This document shows positions 25,236 through 37,077 of a stretch of 64,000 nucleotides of DNA, piece by piece. The position numbers and the translations under genes were made by a program. The stretch comes from Octopus bimaculoides (taxonomy: Eukaryota). The notes under the pieces were generated by a model, which was not told the DNA's origin, ran no database searches, and was given only the letters and a program-made list of their open reading frames with translations. Positions within the stretch are counted from its first letter, which is position 1. Each line of letters opens with the position of its first letter. The stretch is taken from the NCBI RefSeq assembly GCF_001194135.2, contig NC_068988.1, forward strand, positions 64,291,823 through 64,355,822. Reading direction: 5' to 3'.

Positions 25236-25678
25236 CTATCTATATACGTATATTTATATATGTGCACACACATATATCCAGAATATATATATATATATAT
25301 GTATGNNNNNNNNNNNNNNNNNNNNNNNNNNNNNNNNNNNNNNNNNNNNNNNNNNNNNNNNNNNNNNNNNNNNNNNNNNNNNNNNNNNNNNNNNNNNNNN
25401 NNNNNNNNNNNNNNNNNNNNNNNNNNNNNNNNNNNNNNNNNNNNNNNNNNNNNNNNNNNNNNNNNNNNNNNNNNNNNNNNNNNNNNNNNNNNNNNNNNNN
25501 NNNNNNNNNNNNNNNNNNNNNNNNNNNNNNNNNNNNNNNNNNNNNNNNNNNNNNNNNNNNNNNNNNNNNNNNNNNNNNNNNNNNNNNNNNNNNNNNNNNN
25601 NNNNNNNNNNNNNNNNNNNNNNNNNNNNNNNNNNNNNNNNNNNNNNNNNNNNNNNNNNNNNNNNNNNNNNNNNNNNNN

Positions 25679-25732
<54 letters not shown>

Positions 25733-26779
25733 ACGCTTTTTTGTTTTTGTTCACATCGCAAAACAAATGTCGCTTGGCAACAGGATGGTCATCTGCCGTA
25801 GAAAATTTGCATCAACGAATTAGAAAAGCTTGACAAAGCTGATCTGTGTGCGTTTATATGTGTCTGTAGGTGGCTCTCTTGTTTTAAGATAATCAAGATT
25901 TCGTAAGCGATGCCTGAGGATATTTTTTTAAAAAGTCTCTCGATCTATCTGTGGATTAAAAAGACAATATTAATGGATGCTAAATGTTTTAAATTGTACT
26001 TGGTGCAATCATGTGGCCCTGTCGTTTATGATCTCAACTCTTATTCACCGCTGCGCAGCAGGAGCGTGTGTTTAAAGGAAAGAAACTTAGAGCACTGCTG
26101 ACAGTCCGAAATAAGTTCGGGCCTTTTGTTTAAGACTACGGATGTAGGGGGTTAAAAATATGACGTTTCTCTGTGAGACACAGATTTCAGCACTTTAGAA
26201 TGTTCGTATCACTTGCAGGAACATTCCAAAATAATATGAATAAAGCATATAATATTCACTAAGTGATGCTGATCGTTTCTTCTTTATCCTTTCAGCTGCA
26301 AATATATATAGAAAGTGATGAGAAGGACTTGAGATGATGGAATAAATGGCATTGTTGCATGCATGTTTTAATGGATGCATTGTGATGTCTCTGTGAGCGT
26401 GAGTGTGTGAGTATGTGTGTGTGTGAGTATGTGTGTGTGTGTGTGTGTAATAGCGTAAATCGAAGAATCTCATATCATCCGCTTTATACTGCTTGATATT
26501 GATGTAGTGTATGCCAGGTTATACCTGGCGTACATTACGCATATCTCTACATAAGAGACATATTTCTTCAGTGAAAAACTAAATCTTGGATGAATTACTT
26601 CAAAGTGTTAAGAACTAAAGATACGACTGATGCTTTAATCTTACTCTTCTTAAGTATTAATAGCCCGCCTGCCTATCTATTATGTATAGAGGAATTAGGA
26701 GTGCAGGTATATATCTTTTAATGTACACATGTATATGTAAATACATGTGTGCGTATGTATGTATGTATATGTGTGAGAA

Positions 26780-26852
<73 letters not shown>

Positions 26853-27341
26853 TTCAAGGTTGAATATGGTACTTATGCGTAGGCACCCGAATATCGTATC
26901 CCAAAAGGATAGGTGATCAAAATCAAAAAATAAGCAACACGGATTTCAAGGGTGATTGCAGTACGCACGTTTCATGCTACTCCAATTTATTTAAGTAATA
27001 TATATATATATATAAATAAAGTACATACAAAGATGGGGAGAGAGGAAGAGAAAAAGGTTTTCATTTAAATATATATTGAAAGAACAACCGAGTTTTGTTT
27101 TTTTATCTTTATTTTTTATTGAAGTTTTGTTTTGTTTCCGTATGAGTTCCGCGTAATTTCTTTCGAATCATAATCTTACCGACCTTCGCTTCATATTCTT
27201 GTAAATGATATGATTGGAGTTACTGACAGTATTTATACATACAAATCATAGTCAACAGTACTGATTCATTGCTAGTGATGATATTAGTGACAGTTGTCGT
27301 TTAAGAGACAGGACAGGAAAGTACCCGTCAACATGTTTAGC

Positions 27342-27385
<44 letters not shown>

Positions 27386-27389
27386 GGAG

Positions 27390-27580
27390 AATTCACAAAA
27401 AGACAGCAGACGAAGACAGGTGGTGTTGAAGACAAATAGATGTATTAGTATAACGCTGGGGAATTAAGAAAGTCTTTAACGTTTCGAGCCTACGCTCTTC
27501 CACAGAAAGGGACACGAAAAGAAACAAGGAGAGAAACACGGAGAGAAAAAAATGTTTGTAGTGGTCAACGATCTATCATG
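27390..27580 (-). repeat. Short interspersed repeat carrying the variant hammerhead-like motif (copy 2)
   Basis: Homologous to 4495-4656. Confidence 0.8.
27474..27509 (-). ncRNA. Hammerhead-like motif with variant core (CUGUGGA)
   Basis: Minus strand: CUUU-CUGUGGA-A-GAGC(GUAG)GCUC-GAA-ACGU-U/AAAG. Stems I and II are perfect and ACGT is a palindrome; A6 is replaced by U. Confidence 0.5.
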
Positions 27581-27597
27581 AGAGAGGGAGAGAGAGA

Positions 27598-27644
<47 letters not shown>

Positions 27645-28682
27645 AAAAATACAAAAGAAAAATCGGTAGACCGCACATTGACAAGTGTAGAGTTGGTTGA
27701 ACGACAATACTTTGAAAATTAGTTACACATAACACTCCTGTTCGTTTGCATTTAGAAATAACAGTAATTCAAAATCAAACTTGAAATGCATTTAGCCATC
27801 AAAAAGAAAAATGATGAGACAAACAGTGAGTGAGTGAGTGAGTGAGTGAAAAGAATTTAAAGAATTGACACCAGTATTGGATGGTATTTTATCTATCGGT
27901 CCAAAAATGCTGGAGGGCAAAACTGACATCAGCAGATTTTGAACTCTGAACGAACCAAGCAGGAATGAATTCGACAAGGAATGCTATTCTGCTCTTTAAA
28001 GAATCTTTCAACTCGCCTTCTGTAGATAAAAGAAATGGAAGATTACTTTCACTTTCATTCCTTTCGTATTTGATATCATGTCGATATCATAACCTGAATG
28101 ATATCGGTAAACTACAAAGATAGAAATCAGGATTCATTTCAATTCTAGGCAGTTTCCGTCACACTGCTATTGACCCTCTAAAAACTTATAACCAAGGTCA
28201 CGGTTTTAGAGAGCTGATGGCTCTGAGAGGTTTAAAGCATCCATGATACACTGTCTGTCACGACAGCTACCCTAAAGCTTGCTACATCAGGAGTTGAACA
28301 TACAAAGAATTACCATCGTCAGTATATCAAGTGACAGGGGCAAGTCTGATATACGTACATACCTCTAAGAAGTACATAACAAACGGCCACGGTACAAGAT
28401 AATAGCATACCTGTGCACTGGATATGCACAGTACCAGGAAACATTGCAATTGTGGTATGAGAAACATCATGTAACCTAGAAATTCTAACGTATAACGACA
28501 TATTATCTCATAGGTATGTTACTAAAACAGCGAACTGCAAGAATCGGTAGAGGAACGAAATAATGCCTGCTTTGCCATATTTAGCTATATTCTGTTTTCA
28601 AATCACGTCGAGGTCAATTTTACTTTTCGTTTAACCGAGATCGAAAAAAAATATACTATAAATTGAGTACAGTAATCTGGTT

Positions 28683-29095
28683 ATATTCACAACAGCATAC
28701 GGCAGACAATAGACAAGGTGGATTCTAGAATTTAGACCAAGACAACAAGAAATATTGTTGATTTGATCTTTCTGTCAGTCACTTCTGTTCGTTTTTATAT
28801 TCGTAACAGCATACCGCAGACAATAGGCAAAGTGAATATCAAATTTAAATCAAGATAAGAAATGTTGTTGGTCTTTCTGGCACTTGTGTTCGTTTTATAT
28901 TCGCAACAACATGCCGCAGACAACAGGCAAAGCGAATGCTCGAATTTAAATCAAGACAAGAAATGTTGGTCTTTCTGGCAGTCACTTGTGTTCGTTATAC
29001 ATTCGCAACCATATTATCCAGACAGTAGATAAGGCGGCTGCTAAAATTTGTACCAAGAGATCAAGAAATGATTTTGGTCTTTCTGCATATCGTTT
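28683..29095. repeat. Diverged ~100-114-bp tandem repeat, 4 copies
   Basis: Units (ATATTCGCAAC...GCAGACAA...CAAGAAATG...GGTCTTTCTG...CACTTGTGTTCG) begin near 28683, 28797, 28897 and 28999. Confidence 0.9.
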
Positions 29096-29437
29096 GCCTT
29101 CAGTTGAGTAGATTATCAGTAATAGCTACGATCTGTTCATATAATGTGGAACTCATTACTGAACTCTAATCAATTCACTGATCCTACATTAAAAAGATAT
29201 TATCTTTATGCAATAATTGAACTTCTAAGAGTGTTTCGATGGTTTAAAATCTTCTGCGGTCCAAGATCCCAGATAAGCTTATACCACGGCAAGAAACTCA
29301 ATTGAGGGCAGCAATATCGAATTACCTCATTCATCGAAAGCCAACCACATAGCAATGCCTGTTGAAAAGGCGATGTTACTGATGTTCCAGTATGGAACAC
29401 ATAAGGGAATATATGTAAATATGATAAATATAATATA

Positions 29438-29496
<59 letters not shown>

Positions 29497-29627
29497 TGTA
29501 TATANNNNNNNNNNNNNNNNNNNNNNNNNNNNNNNNNNNNNNNNNNNNNNNNNNNNNNNNNNNNNNNNNNNNNNNNNTATATATATATATATCCGAGATG
29601 TATAGTATTAAATATCCATCACGGCAG

Positions 29628-29705
29628 ATCTTACGGTTTCGCGTAAAGAATACAATGGAGTGTTAAGTAACTGTCCGATTATGTAACTTTACGCTCATCA
29701 GAGTT
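29628..29705 (-). ncRNA. Minimal type-I hammerhead ribozyme motif
   Basis: Minus strand: AACU-CUGAUGA-GCGUAAAG...CUUUACGC-GAA-ACCGU-A/AGAU. Core is intact, stem II is a perfect 8 bp, and the GUA triplet predicts cleavage between 29632 and 29631. Stem I pairs 3 of 4. Confidence 0.75.
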
Positions 29706-30599
29706 AGCCGATATGGAAGGGAATCCGGCGACTGCTTTCTGTTGTCGGGGGTTGATTAGCACAACCAGTTAGCTGCTGCTGTAAAAAAGGTGGTGAAACG
29801 AAAAAGTGCCAGGAGATTAGGTTAGGAGTTATTTCCCTTTTCTTTGGTCGGGTATGCTGTGAAGCCGGCAAGAATTATCTTGAAATGGGGAAAAGTGTGT
29901 ATTATTAATGTGGTGTTCTTGCGGGGATGGGGGATGTGATAAGAGGTGTGTGGTATGTGTATCGGTGTCATATGTATAATTTTTTCTAGGGTGTAGGTAT
30001 ATTTAGCTGTGTTCGTTGGTCTGTTTTCTTTCCGTAAAGGATAAGGTCGCGGGAAGGGATTATGTTAGCGTGTAGTGTGTAATGGAAGGGTCTGTGCATG
30101 TGTGGGGCTACAATTTGAGTGGAGGGGTATGTGTTGGGGGGGAGACAGTTAATCTTGTGGGGTGTCCGCCTTATAGGAGTGTGTGTTTATGGGAAACGTT
30201 ATGAATATGCAAATAAAGCTCCTATTCTATTATGCTGGCTACAGTCTAATGATGCAGACTGGTGATCCAGTTTTTCGGGGTCGCATCGAGCTGAACCGAT
30301 ATAATGTAGGATAAATATAAAAATAACAATAATAATAATCCTTGGATGAAATTAATAAACATTTAATGCTTCGCTATGTGCGTTTCCACAAACCGCATGT
30401 CTCTTAAGAACACGGCCCGTAATCCTGGGATGATTACAGTGCAATCCGTGGTATCCGTGGGCATCGGGATGATCATTTTCGTGCATTCATTTATTCAGGT
30501 GATATAACATTAATGTATACCTTTTTACCAGCATGAATGTTAAACGACTTCTGTCGAAATTCATGTAGCGATGCATCAAATGTTTATAAATTCAATCCA

Positions 30600-30945
30600 A
30601 AGATTATTGTTTTATATATATGTCTCTGGTTGACATTAACACACCCCCAATAGGGGCCTTCATTCCCACGTTTTAGAGCTCTATGAGCTCCATTTTTCAG
30701 GAGCAAAAATCCTTTTTACAGGTTCCAGAAGACTGAAATTTTGCAATATGTGCATAAAGATTAATAGTATGGGATACATGTCTCATGATTAAAATTTTTT
30801 TAGGGTGTATAAAGAGGGAAAGAACCCTTATGTGCAATTTTGATGAAATTCGAATATGTATTCCAGTTCCTTACAGAAAATATAAGAGAAAAGTCTCATC
30901 CTTCATTTGCATGTAACACGGGCAACGCCGGGTATCTCTGCTAGT
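30600..30945 (+). mobile_element. Non-autonomous Helitron/Helentron-like element, 3' part
   Basis: Terminal hairpin CGGGCAACGCCGGG is followed 8 nt later by CTAG|T (30941-30945). The 5' boundary is uncertain. Confidence 0.55.
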
Positions 30946-31959
30946 ATGTNNNNNNNNNNNNNNNNNNNNNNNNNNNNNNNNNNNNNNNNNNNNNNNNNNN
31001 NNNNNNNNNNNNNNNNNNNNNNNNNNNNNNNNNNNNNNNNNNNNNNNNNNNNNNNNNNNNNNNNNNNNNNNNNNNNNNNNNNNNNNNNNNNNNNNNNNNN
31101 NNNNNNNNNNNNNNNNNNNGGGTTATCTTTCATTCATTTCTTTGAGCCCTTTTTATCATTCATTCTTCCATCTCTTATTCTTATCATCGCTCTTTTCTTT
31201 CTTCTGGAAATTATTTCAGCTTTTAACTTTCATTCTTTCATCTTTAATTCCCATCTTTCGTTTCTTTTATCTGTTGATTATCTCATCTTTCATTCGTTTC
31301 ATCCTTTGTTCCTTTTATCCTTCATTTATTTTAAATTTCATTCCTTTTATCTTTCATTCCGTTTATTTGAATTTATTTGAACTTTCATTCATTTCATCTT
31401 TTCTTTTATTTTCCTTCATTCTTTTTAAAAGTTCATTCCTTTTATCCTTCTTCCTTTTATCTTTCATGTCTTTTCATTTTTCCTTTTGTTTTTGGTTTTT
31501 TTTTGTCGTTCATTCCTTTCCTCTTTCATTTCTTTTATCTTTCATTCATTCTTTCGTTTCATCCCTCATTCACTTATCTCTTCTTTTGATTTTTCAATGA
31601 TTTTATTCTACCAAGCGAAGCCAGCTTTGTCATTTCGTCACTCACAGTTCTTGCATTGTTATCGACGGAGTGTTGCTGATGAGTCTATGACGATGCTGGG
31701 GTTAATGTCGGGGTGACTGGAAGTAGGAAGAGGGGTTTTTGCTTGCTCCCCGGTCAGCCTTTCTACAATAGATTTATTATAAGCGATATTCCAACCATCA
31801 TCTTCCATACTTTTTCTTTCTTTTTTTCTCATTTTTTTTTTTCATTTTTCCAACATCACCTTCCAGTTTTTAAAGACGGCTGTGAGGAAGACTTAGCTAC
31901 TATTTCTAGCAGGTTAAACGGTCTTGTAGAAGTTCTCTTCTGATTATATCCAGGACGAT

Positions 31960-32470
31960 AAAATAAGTACCAGTTAAATATTCCATATAAACCCCTTTTC
32001 TACTTCACGTAAATCCCTTTTCTGCTCCATGTTTATGCTCTTTCTATTTCATGTCAATCATTTTATTCCATGTAAATTCTCTCTTGTACCCTAAGTAAAT
32101 CCCTTTTTACTCTATGAATAGACTCATTTTATTCAGGATAGCCCCTTTTTATTCTATGTAAATCCCTTTTTACTCAATAGGTATTCTCTTTTGCCCCATG
32201 TTTATCCCTATTTTATTCAACGTAAACTCTTTTCCCCCATGTTAATCTTTGTAAGTGCCCTTTTTACTCCATGAAAATTCCATGTCACTCCATGTAAATC
32301 CTACTATTACTCCATGTAATCCTCTTTTTATTCAATATAAAAACCCTTTTTATTTTTCCATGCGTCCTTATCTTCCATGAGAACCCTATTGTTACTTTTT
32401 GTAGCTACCCATTTGCCCCTAATAAGAAGCTTTTTTTCTCCATATAAACACTTTTTACTGATGTGAATGC
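31960..32470. repeat. Degenerate pyrimidine-rich minisatellite
   Basis: Recurring TGTAAATCCC(T)nACTCCA-like units of ~20-35 bp. Confidence 0.6.
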
Positions 32471-32795
32471 CTTTTGCCTTATACAGACCCTTACTCAATG
32501 CAAATCATCTTTCGATTCGGAATAAGCCCTATTTTAACCTATTAGAATGCCCCTCGCTAGTTTTTTTTGTTGTTTTTTTTCCTTTTATATCTGTACTGTT
32601 TCCCTTTGACCTGGAACCTAAAAGAAATCTAAATCATTTTTATAAAGGCGCATACAATTATATTTCACACGCTCCTGTGCACTCGGGCGTAGAAAGATTT
32701 TTCGCTGCGGTATTAGTCTCCAGAGAGAGATTCTCTTTATGGAAACTGCATGTAAAAAAAGAACACAACACTGAGCTATGAAAGACGTCATCAGG

Positions 32796-32840
32796 CCGTA
32801 GAACACGTGTTTCAGCGTCGCTACACTTCATCAGACACTG
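32796..32840 (-). ncRNA. Minimal type-I hammerhead ribozyme motif with palindromic stem III
   Basis: Minus strand: CAGUGU-CUGAUGA-AGUGU(AGCG)ACGCU-GAA-ACACGUGU-U/CUACGG. Core is intact, stem II has 5 bp and ACACGTGT is an 8-nt palindrome. Stem I is partly decayed. Confidence 0.65.
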
Positions 32841-32895
32841 AATTCATCGCTCACAATCAACTAAGAACTCTCGTTCTTATATTTAAACAGCAAAA

Positions 32896-32896
<1 letters not shown>

Positions 32897-32955
<59 letters not shown>

Positions 32956-32956
32956 C

Positions 32957-32992
<36 letters not shown>

Positions 32993-33005
32993 GGTGGTGG
33001 TGGTG

Positions 33006-33043
<38 letters not shown>

Positions 33044-33075
33044 GGTACTACTACTATTGTTGTTGTTGTTATTAT
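32897..33075. repeat. Compound trinucleotide array (AGT)n(GGT)n(CGT)n(TGT)n
   Basis: Directly visible. Confidence 0.95.
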
Positions 33076-33690
33076 TGAGTTAAAATTCCATTGGGGTCGA
33101 CTTTGCCTTTCATCCTTTCGGAGTCGATAAAATGAGTACCAGTTGGATAATGAGGTCGGTGTAAACGATTATCCGCCCCTCTTCAGAATTCCAGGCCTTG
33201 TGCCTTTTGTAGAAAGGATTATTATTACTACTACTACAACTACTTCTATAATTGTTGTGGTTGCTGTTCAGGTGGTGAGCTGGCAAAATAGTTACAATTC
33301 CGGGCTTTGCGGCATTTCTCATGTCTCTACGTTCACAGTTCAAATTCTGCCGAGGTCGACTTTGCTTTTCATCCTTTCGGGGTAAATATAATTATTACTG
33401 TCATTTTTCTCTTTTTGTTTGTTTTGTTGTTGTTCTTGTGGGGTTTTTTTTTGTTTTGCTTTTGCTTATAGTGATAGATTAAGTAGAATCATTAAAGAGT
33501 CGACAAAATTCCTTTGTTGTATTTCTTCCGATTCTTTCCGTATTGAGTTCAAATCTCACAGACATCCAACTTTCCTTCGTTTAATTTTATCGATACTTCC
33601 CTTGATCGATATAATGAAGTACCAACCAAGTGCTAGAGTCCATATATATATTAGCTCCAAACTTTTCAAGCTTTGTGCTTTTGTTAGAAG
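33075..33690 (+). mobile_element. Cluster of three SINE family B fragments
   Basis: Fragments at ~33075-33222, 33270-33385 and 33495-33690. The first two carry GGTCGACTTTGC..TTCATCCTTTCGG; the third is more degenerate. Confidence 0.75.
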
Positions 33691-34200
33691 CAATTCTTTA
33701 CTACGTCTTTCAATCATCTATACTTCCTTTCTACCAATCCCATCTTGAATTCTTCAAAAAATCCCGTCTTATCCGCTTTTCACCTCTTCCCATATATTCA
33801 ATCTTTCACGCTCTCATTCCTCCACAATACCATATCACGTTCTTCCAAACATCTTTTAGTCTCTTTCAATTCTTACATCTTTCATCTTTCCTCCCTCCAT
33901 TCCATCAATCTTACTCCGTCACACTAGTATTTTAAACAACCCTTCCCTTCTTTCTCTCCCATTCCTTTTATTCTCCCAACACATCCTTGCCCATCACTTC
34001 CTACTCTTCTCTCTCTTCCTCTCTCATTTGTCATTCTTTCTCTCCAGAGATCCCTAAACCATTCCAACAACCCCATTTCAAAATTCTTTATCGTCTGTCC
34101 GTTCTTTTTCTTTGCCTGTGTCTGACTCTGCGCTCACGGCGTCACAGTCAACCTCACGGCGTCACAGCTTCAGTCTGTCTGTCTATCCATCCATCCATCC

Positions 34201-34278
<78 letters not shown>

Positions 34279-34339
34279 GCATTTATCTGTCTATCGAACT
34301 AAACAATTAACAATCTATTTATCAGTCTGCCAGTCTATC

Positions 34340-34560
34340 AAACCTTCGAAACGTCTAGTTAGAATAGAGGCAGCTAACGAAGGAATAATTCCAAGTGGCT
34401 ATCTGTTTTCCTATGTGTTCGTTCCGTGGTCTGTAGTTCATTTTTCTAACGTCCTGTACCCTGATATGCATCTATATACACATGTAGATGTAAGTATGTA
34501 CATATATGTGTGTATACATGCATATATATTCTTTGTATTCTTGTATATATTAACTGTCTA
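34340..34560 (+). repeat. Interspersed repeat family E (GTCCTGTACCCTGATATGCA core); other copies at ~2180-2460 (-) and ~53480-53660 (-)
   Basis: The three copies share GTCCTGTACC(C/A)GATATGCA-type core sequence and an upstream CT(G/A)A(T/C)GAAGG motif. Confidence 0.75.
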
Positions 34561-35484
34561 TCTACCCCCATCTCTCCCCATATACGTGTGTACGTATATA
34601 TGTGAATCTATGTGCATATGCGTTTGTGTGTGTACCTGTCTATTTGTTTATATGCCTGTCTATAAATTCATCTATCCGTCTATCTACCTGATTATCTGTT
34701 TACCAATATNNNNNNNNNNNNNNNNNNNNNNNNNNNNNNNNNNNNNNNNNNNNNNNNNNNNNNNNNNNNNNNNNNNNNNNNNNNNNNNNNNNNNNNNNNN
34801 NNNNNNNNNNNNNNNNNNNNNNNNNNNNNNNNNNNNNNNNNNNNNNNNNNNNNNNNNNNNNNNNNNNNNNNNNNNNNNNNNNNNNNNNNNNNNNNNNNNN
34901 NNNNNNNNNNNNNNNNNNNNNNNNNNNNNNNNNNNNNNNNNNNNNNNNNNNNNNNNNNNNNNNNNNNNNNNNNNNNNNNNNNNNNNNNNNNNNNNNNNNN
35001 NNNNNNNNNNNNNNNNNNNNNNNNNNNNNNNNNNNNNNNNNNNNNNNNNNNNNNNNNNNNNNNNNNNNNNNNNNNNNNNNNNNNNNNNNNNNNNNNNNNN
35101 NNNNNNNNNNNNNNNNNNNNNNNNNNNNNNNNNNNNNNNNNNNNNNNNNNNNNNNNNNNNNNNNNNNNNNNNNNNNNNNNNNNNNNNNNNNNNNNNNNNN
35201 NNNNNNNNNNNNNNNNNNNNNNNNNNNNNNNNNNNNNNNNNNNNNNNNNNNNNNNNNNNNNNNNNNNNNNNNNNNNNNNNNNNNNNNNNNNNNNNNNNNN
35301 NNNNNNNNNNNNNNNNNNNNNNNNNNNNNNNNNNNNNNNNNNNNNNNNNNNNNNNNNNNNNNNNNNNNNNNNNNNNNNNNNNNNNNNNNNNNNNNNNNNN
35401 NNNNNNNNNNNNNNNNNNNNNNNNNNNNNNNNNNNNNNNNNNNNNNNNNNNNNNNNNNNNNNNNNNNNNNNNNNNNNNNNNNNN

Positions 35485-35820
35485 TACATGCATACATTGA
35501 ATCATACACATACATACATGCATACATACGTACATAGAATCATACACCTACATACATACATACATACATACATACATAAAATCATACACATACATACATA
35601 CATGCATACATACGTACATAGAATCATACACATACATACATACATGCATACATACGTACATAGAAACATACACATACATACATACATACATACATACATA
35701 CGTACATAGAAACATACACATACATACATGCATACATGCATACATACATGCATACAAACACATACATACATACATACATGCACACATACATGCATACATA
35801 CATGGAATCATACACATGCG
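35485..35820. repeat. Compound (TACA)n-based minisatellite
   Basis: Recurrent CATACACATACATACATGCATACATACGTACATAGAA units. Confidence 0.85.
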
Positions 35821-36246
35821 TACATAGACTCTGACAGCGCTATCTGTCTGCTGCCTTATGAGATCCTTCTAATGTTCTGTTTAGCGCTATTCCTCCTTTA
35901 GACCATTCCTCTACTCTCTCACTCCACACAAGATGTCAACAACCTCTACATCTTCACTCGAAGACAAACAGCAAATCTGCCAAAAAATATAAAATGCATA
36001 AAAGCAAGCGTTATATGTCTGTGGATGTATGGTTCAATGTATGTATGTATGTATGTATGTATGTATGTATGTATGTTTGTATGTATGTCTGTATGTAATT
36101 GTGCATGTATGTATGTATGTATGTATGTATGTATGAAGCAATGTGTTTGTACGTGTGTATCTAGGTATTTTTGTATGAATACAGATACGTGCGAGTACCT
36201 ATATATATATATATATATATATATATAACATGAGTGCGTATGGGTA

Positions 36247-36298
<52 letters not shown>

Positions 36299-36613
36299 TG
36301 TAGCGTAGGCGGCTGCTGTCCAGTGATTAGGACCAAAAGAGTGTGCACGTTATGTCTTTATCTCTGTGAGTGCGCGCGCGCGTGTGCGTGCGCGCGTGCT
36401 TGTAAGTGTAATTAAACTGGACTACTGGACTGCCTAATGCTGTCTCTAACAATGACAGAACTCAATAGGTTTATTGAGAAAAAGACAGATTGGAAGTATC
36501 GCGAGGTTCAACATCTTATGGTCACCAGAAGCTTCATCCCGGGGTGCTACTCTTCAGACGAGTCTCAACAATACGTACTTACACATAAATAAATGAACAA
36601 ACACACACACACA

Positions 36614-36649
<36 letters not shown>

Positions 36650-36948
36650 CACACAAGCATATATATGTGTATATATATATAAACAATATCGAATATTTGG
36701 ATATATATGGGATTGTTTCTTTGTAGAAATACATAAATCCAGAGGAGAAGCACACTCTAAGATGTTGTGCAGTTAATAGTATAGTGGGGTAAGCCGGTTT
36801 TTGAGGTTACCCTGGGTTTCTCGTCCATAAGGGGTTTAGCCTTACGGCGTAATCCCCATGAGGGGTAAGCACATAAATGTGAAACAAGGTGGAAAAAATA
36901 GTACTCGAATACCGGAGGTAGAGTAATATGCCTTGTTAATACAGCGAC

Positions 36949-37077
36949 AAAGACATCACAAAAACTGTTACTCAGAGATTTCCCGTTCCCTTTCGTCGGA
37001 AATAAGGTTATATGTATTCTTACACATATAACGAACGGGAACGTGAAACTCTGAATAACAATTTCTGTGATGTCTTT
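36949..37077. repeat. Inverted duplication (~48-bp arms, ~32-bp spacer); each arm is a decayed hammerhead-like unit
   Basis: The reverse complement of 36949-36997 (GACGAAAGGGAACGGGAAATCTCTGAGTAACAGTTTTTGTGATGTCT) aligns with 37030-37077 (AACGAACGGGAACGTGAAACTCTGAATAACAATTTCTGTGATGTCT). Confidence 0.8.

Noticed and set aside
28683-29095. Repeat arrays here and at 11004-11130 considered as CRISPR-like
   Set aside because: Head-to-tail tandem units without unique spacers, in a eukaryotic context with no cas genes.
34112-34690. Apparent protein similarity between this ORF and ORF 53308-53607 ([18 protein letters not shown])
   Set aside because: It comes from shared non-coding repeat family E; the frames are embedded in microsatellites.
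36500-36565. CUGAAGA on the minus strand, plus isolated CUGANGA or GAAACGT words at ~8580, 16420, 47716, 59107 and 62508
   Set aside because: Only half of the hammerhead core is present, or stems cannot be formed; expected by chance or too decayed to call.
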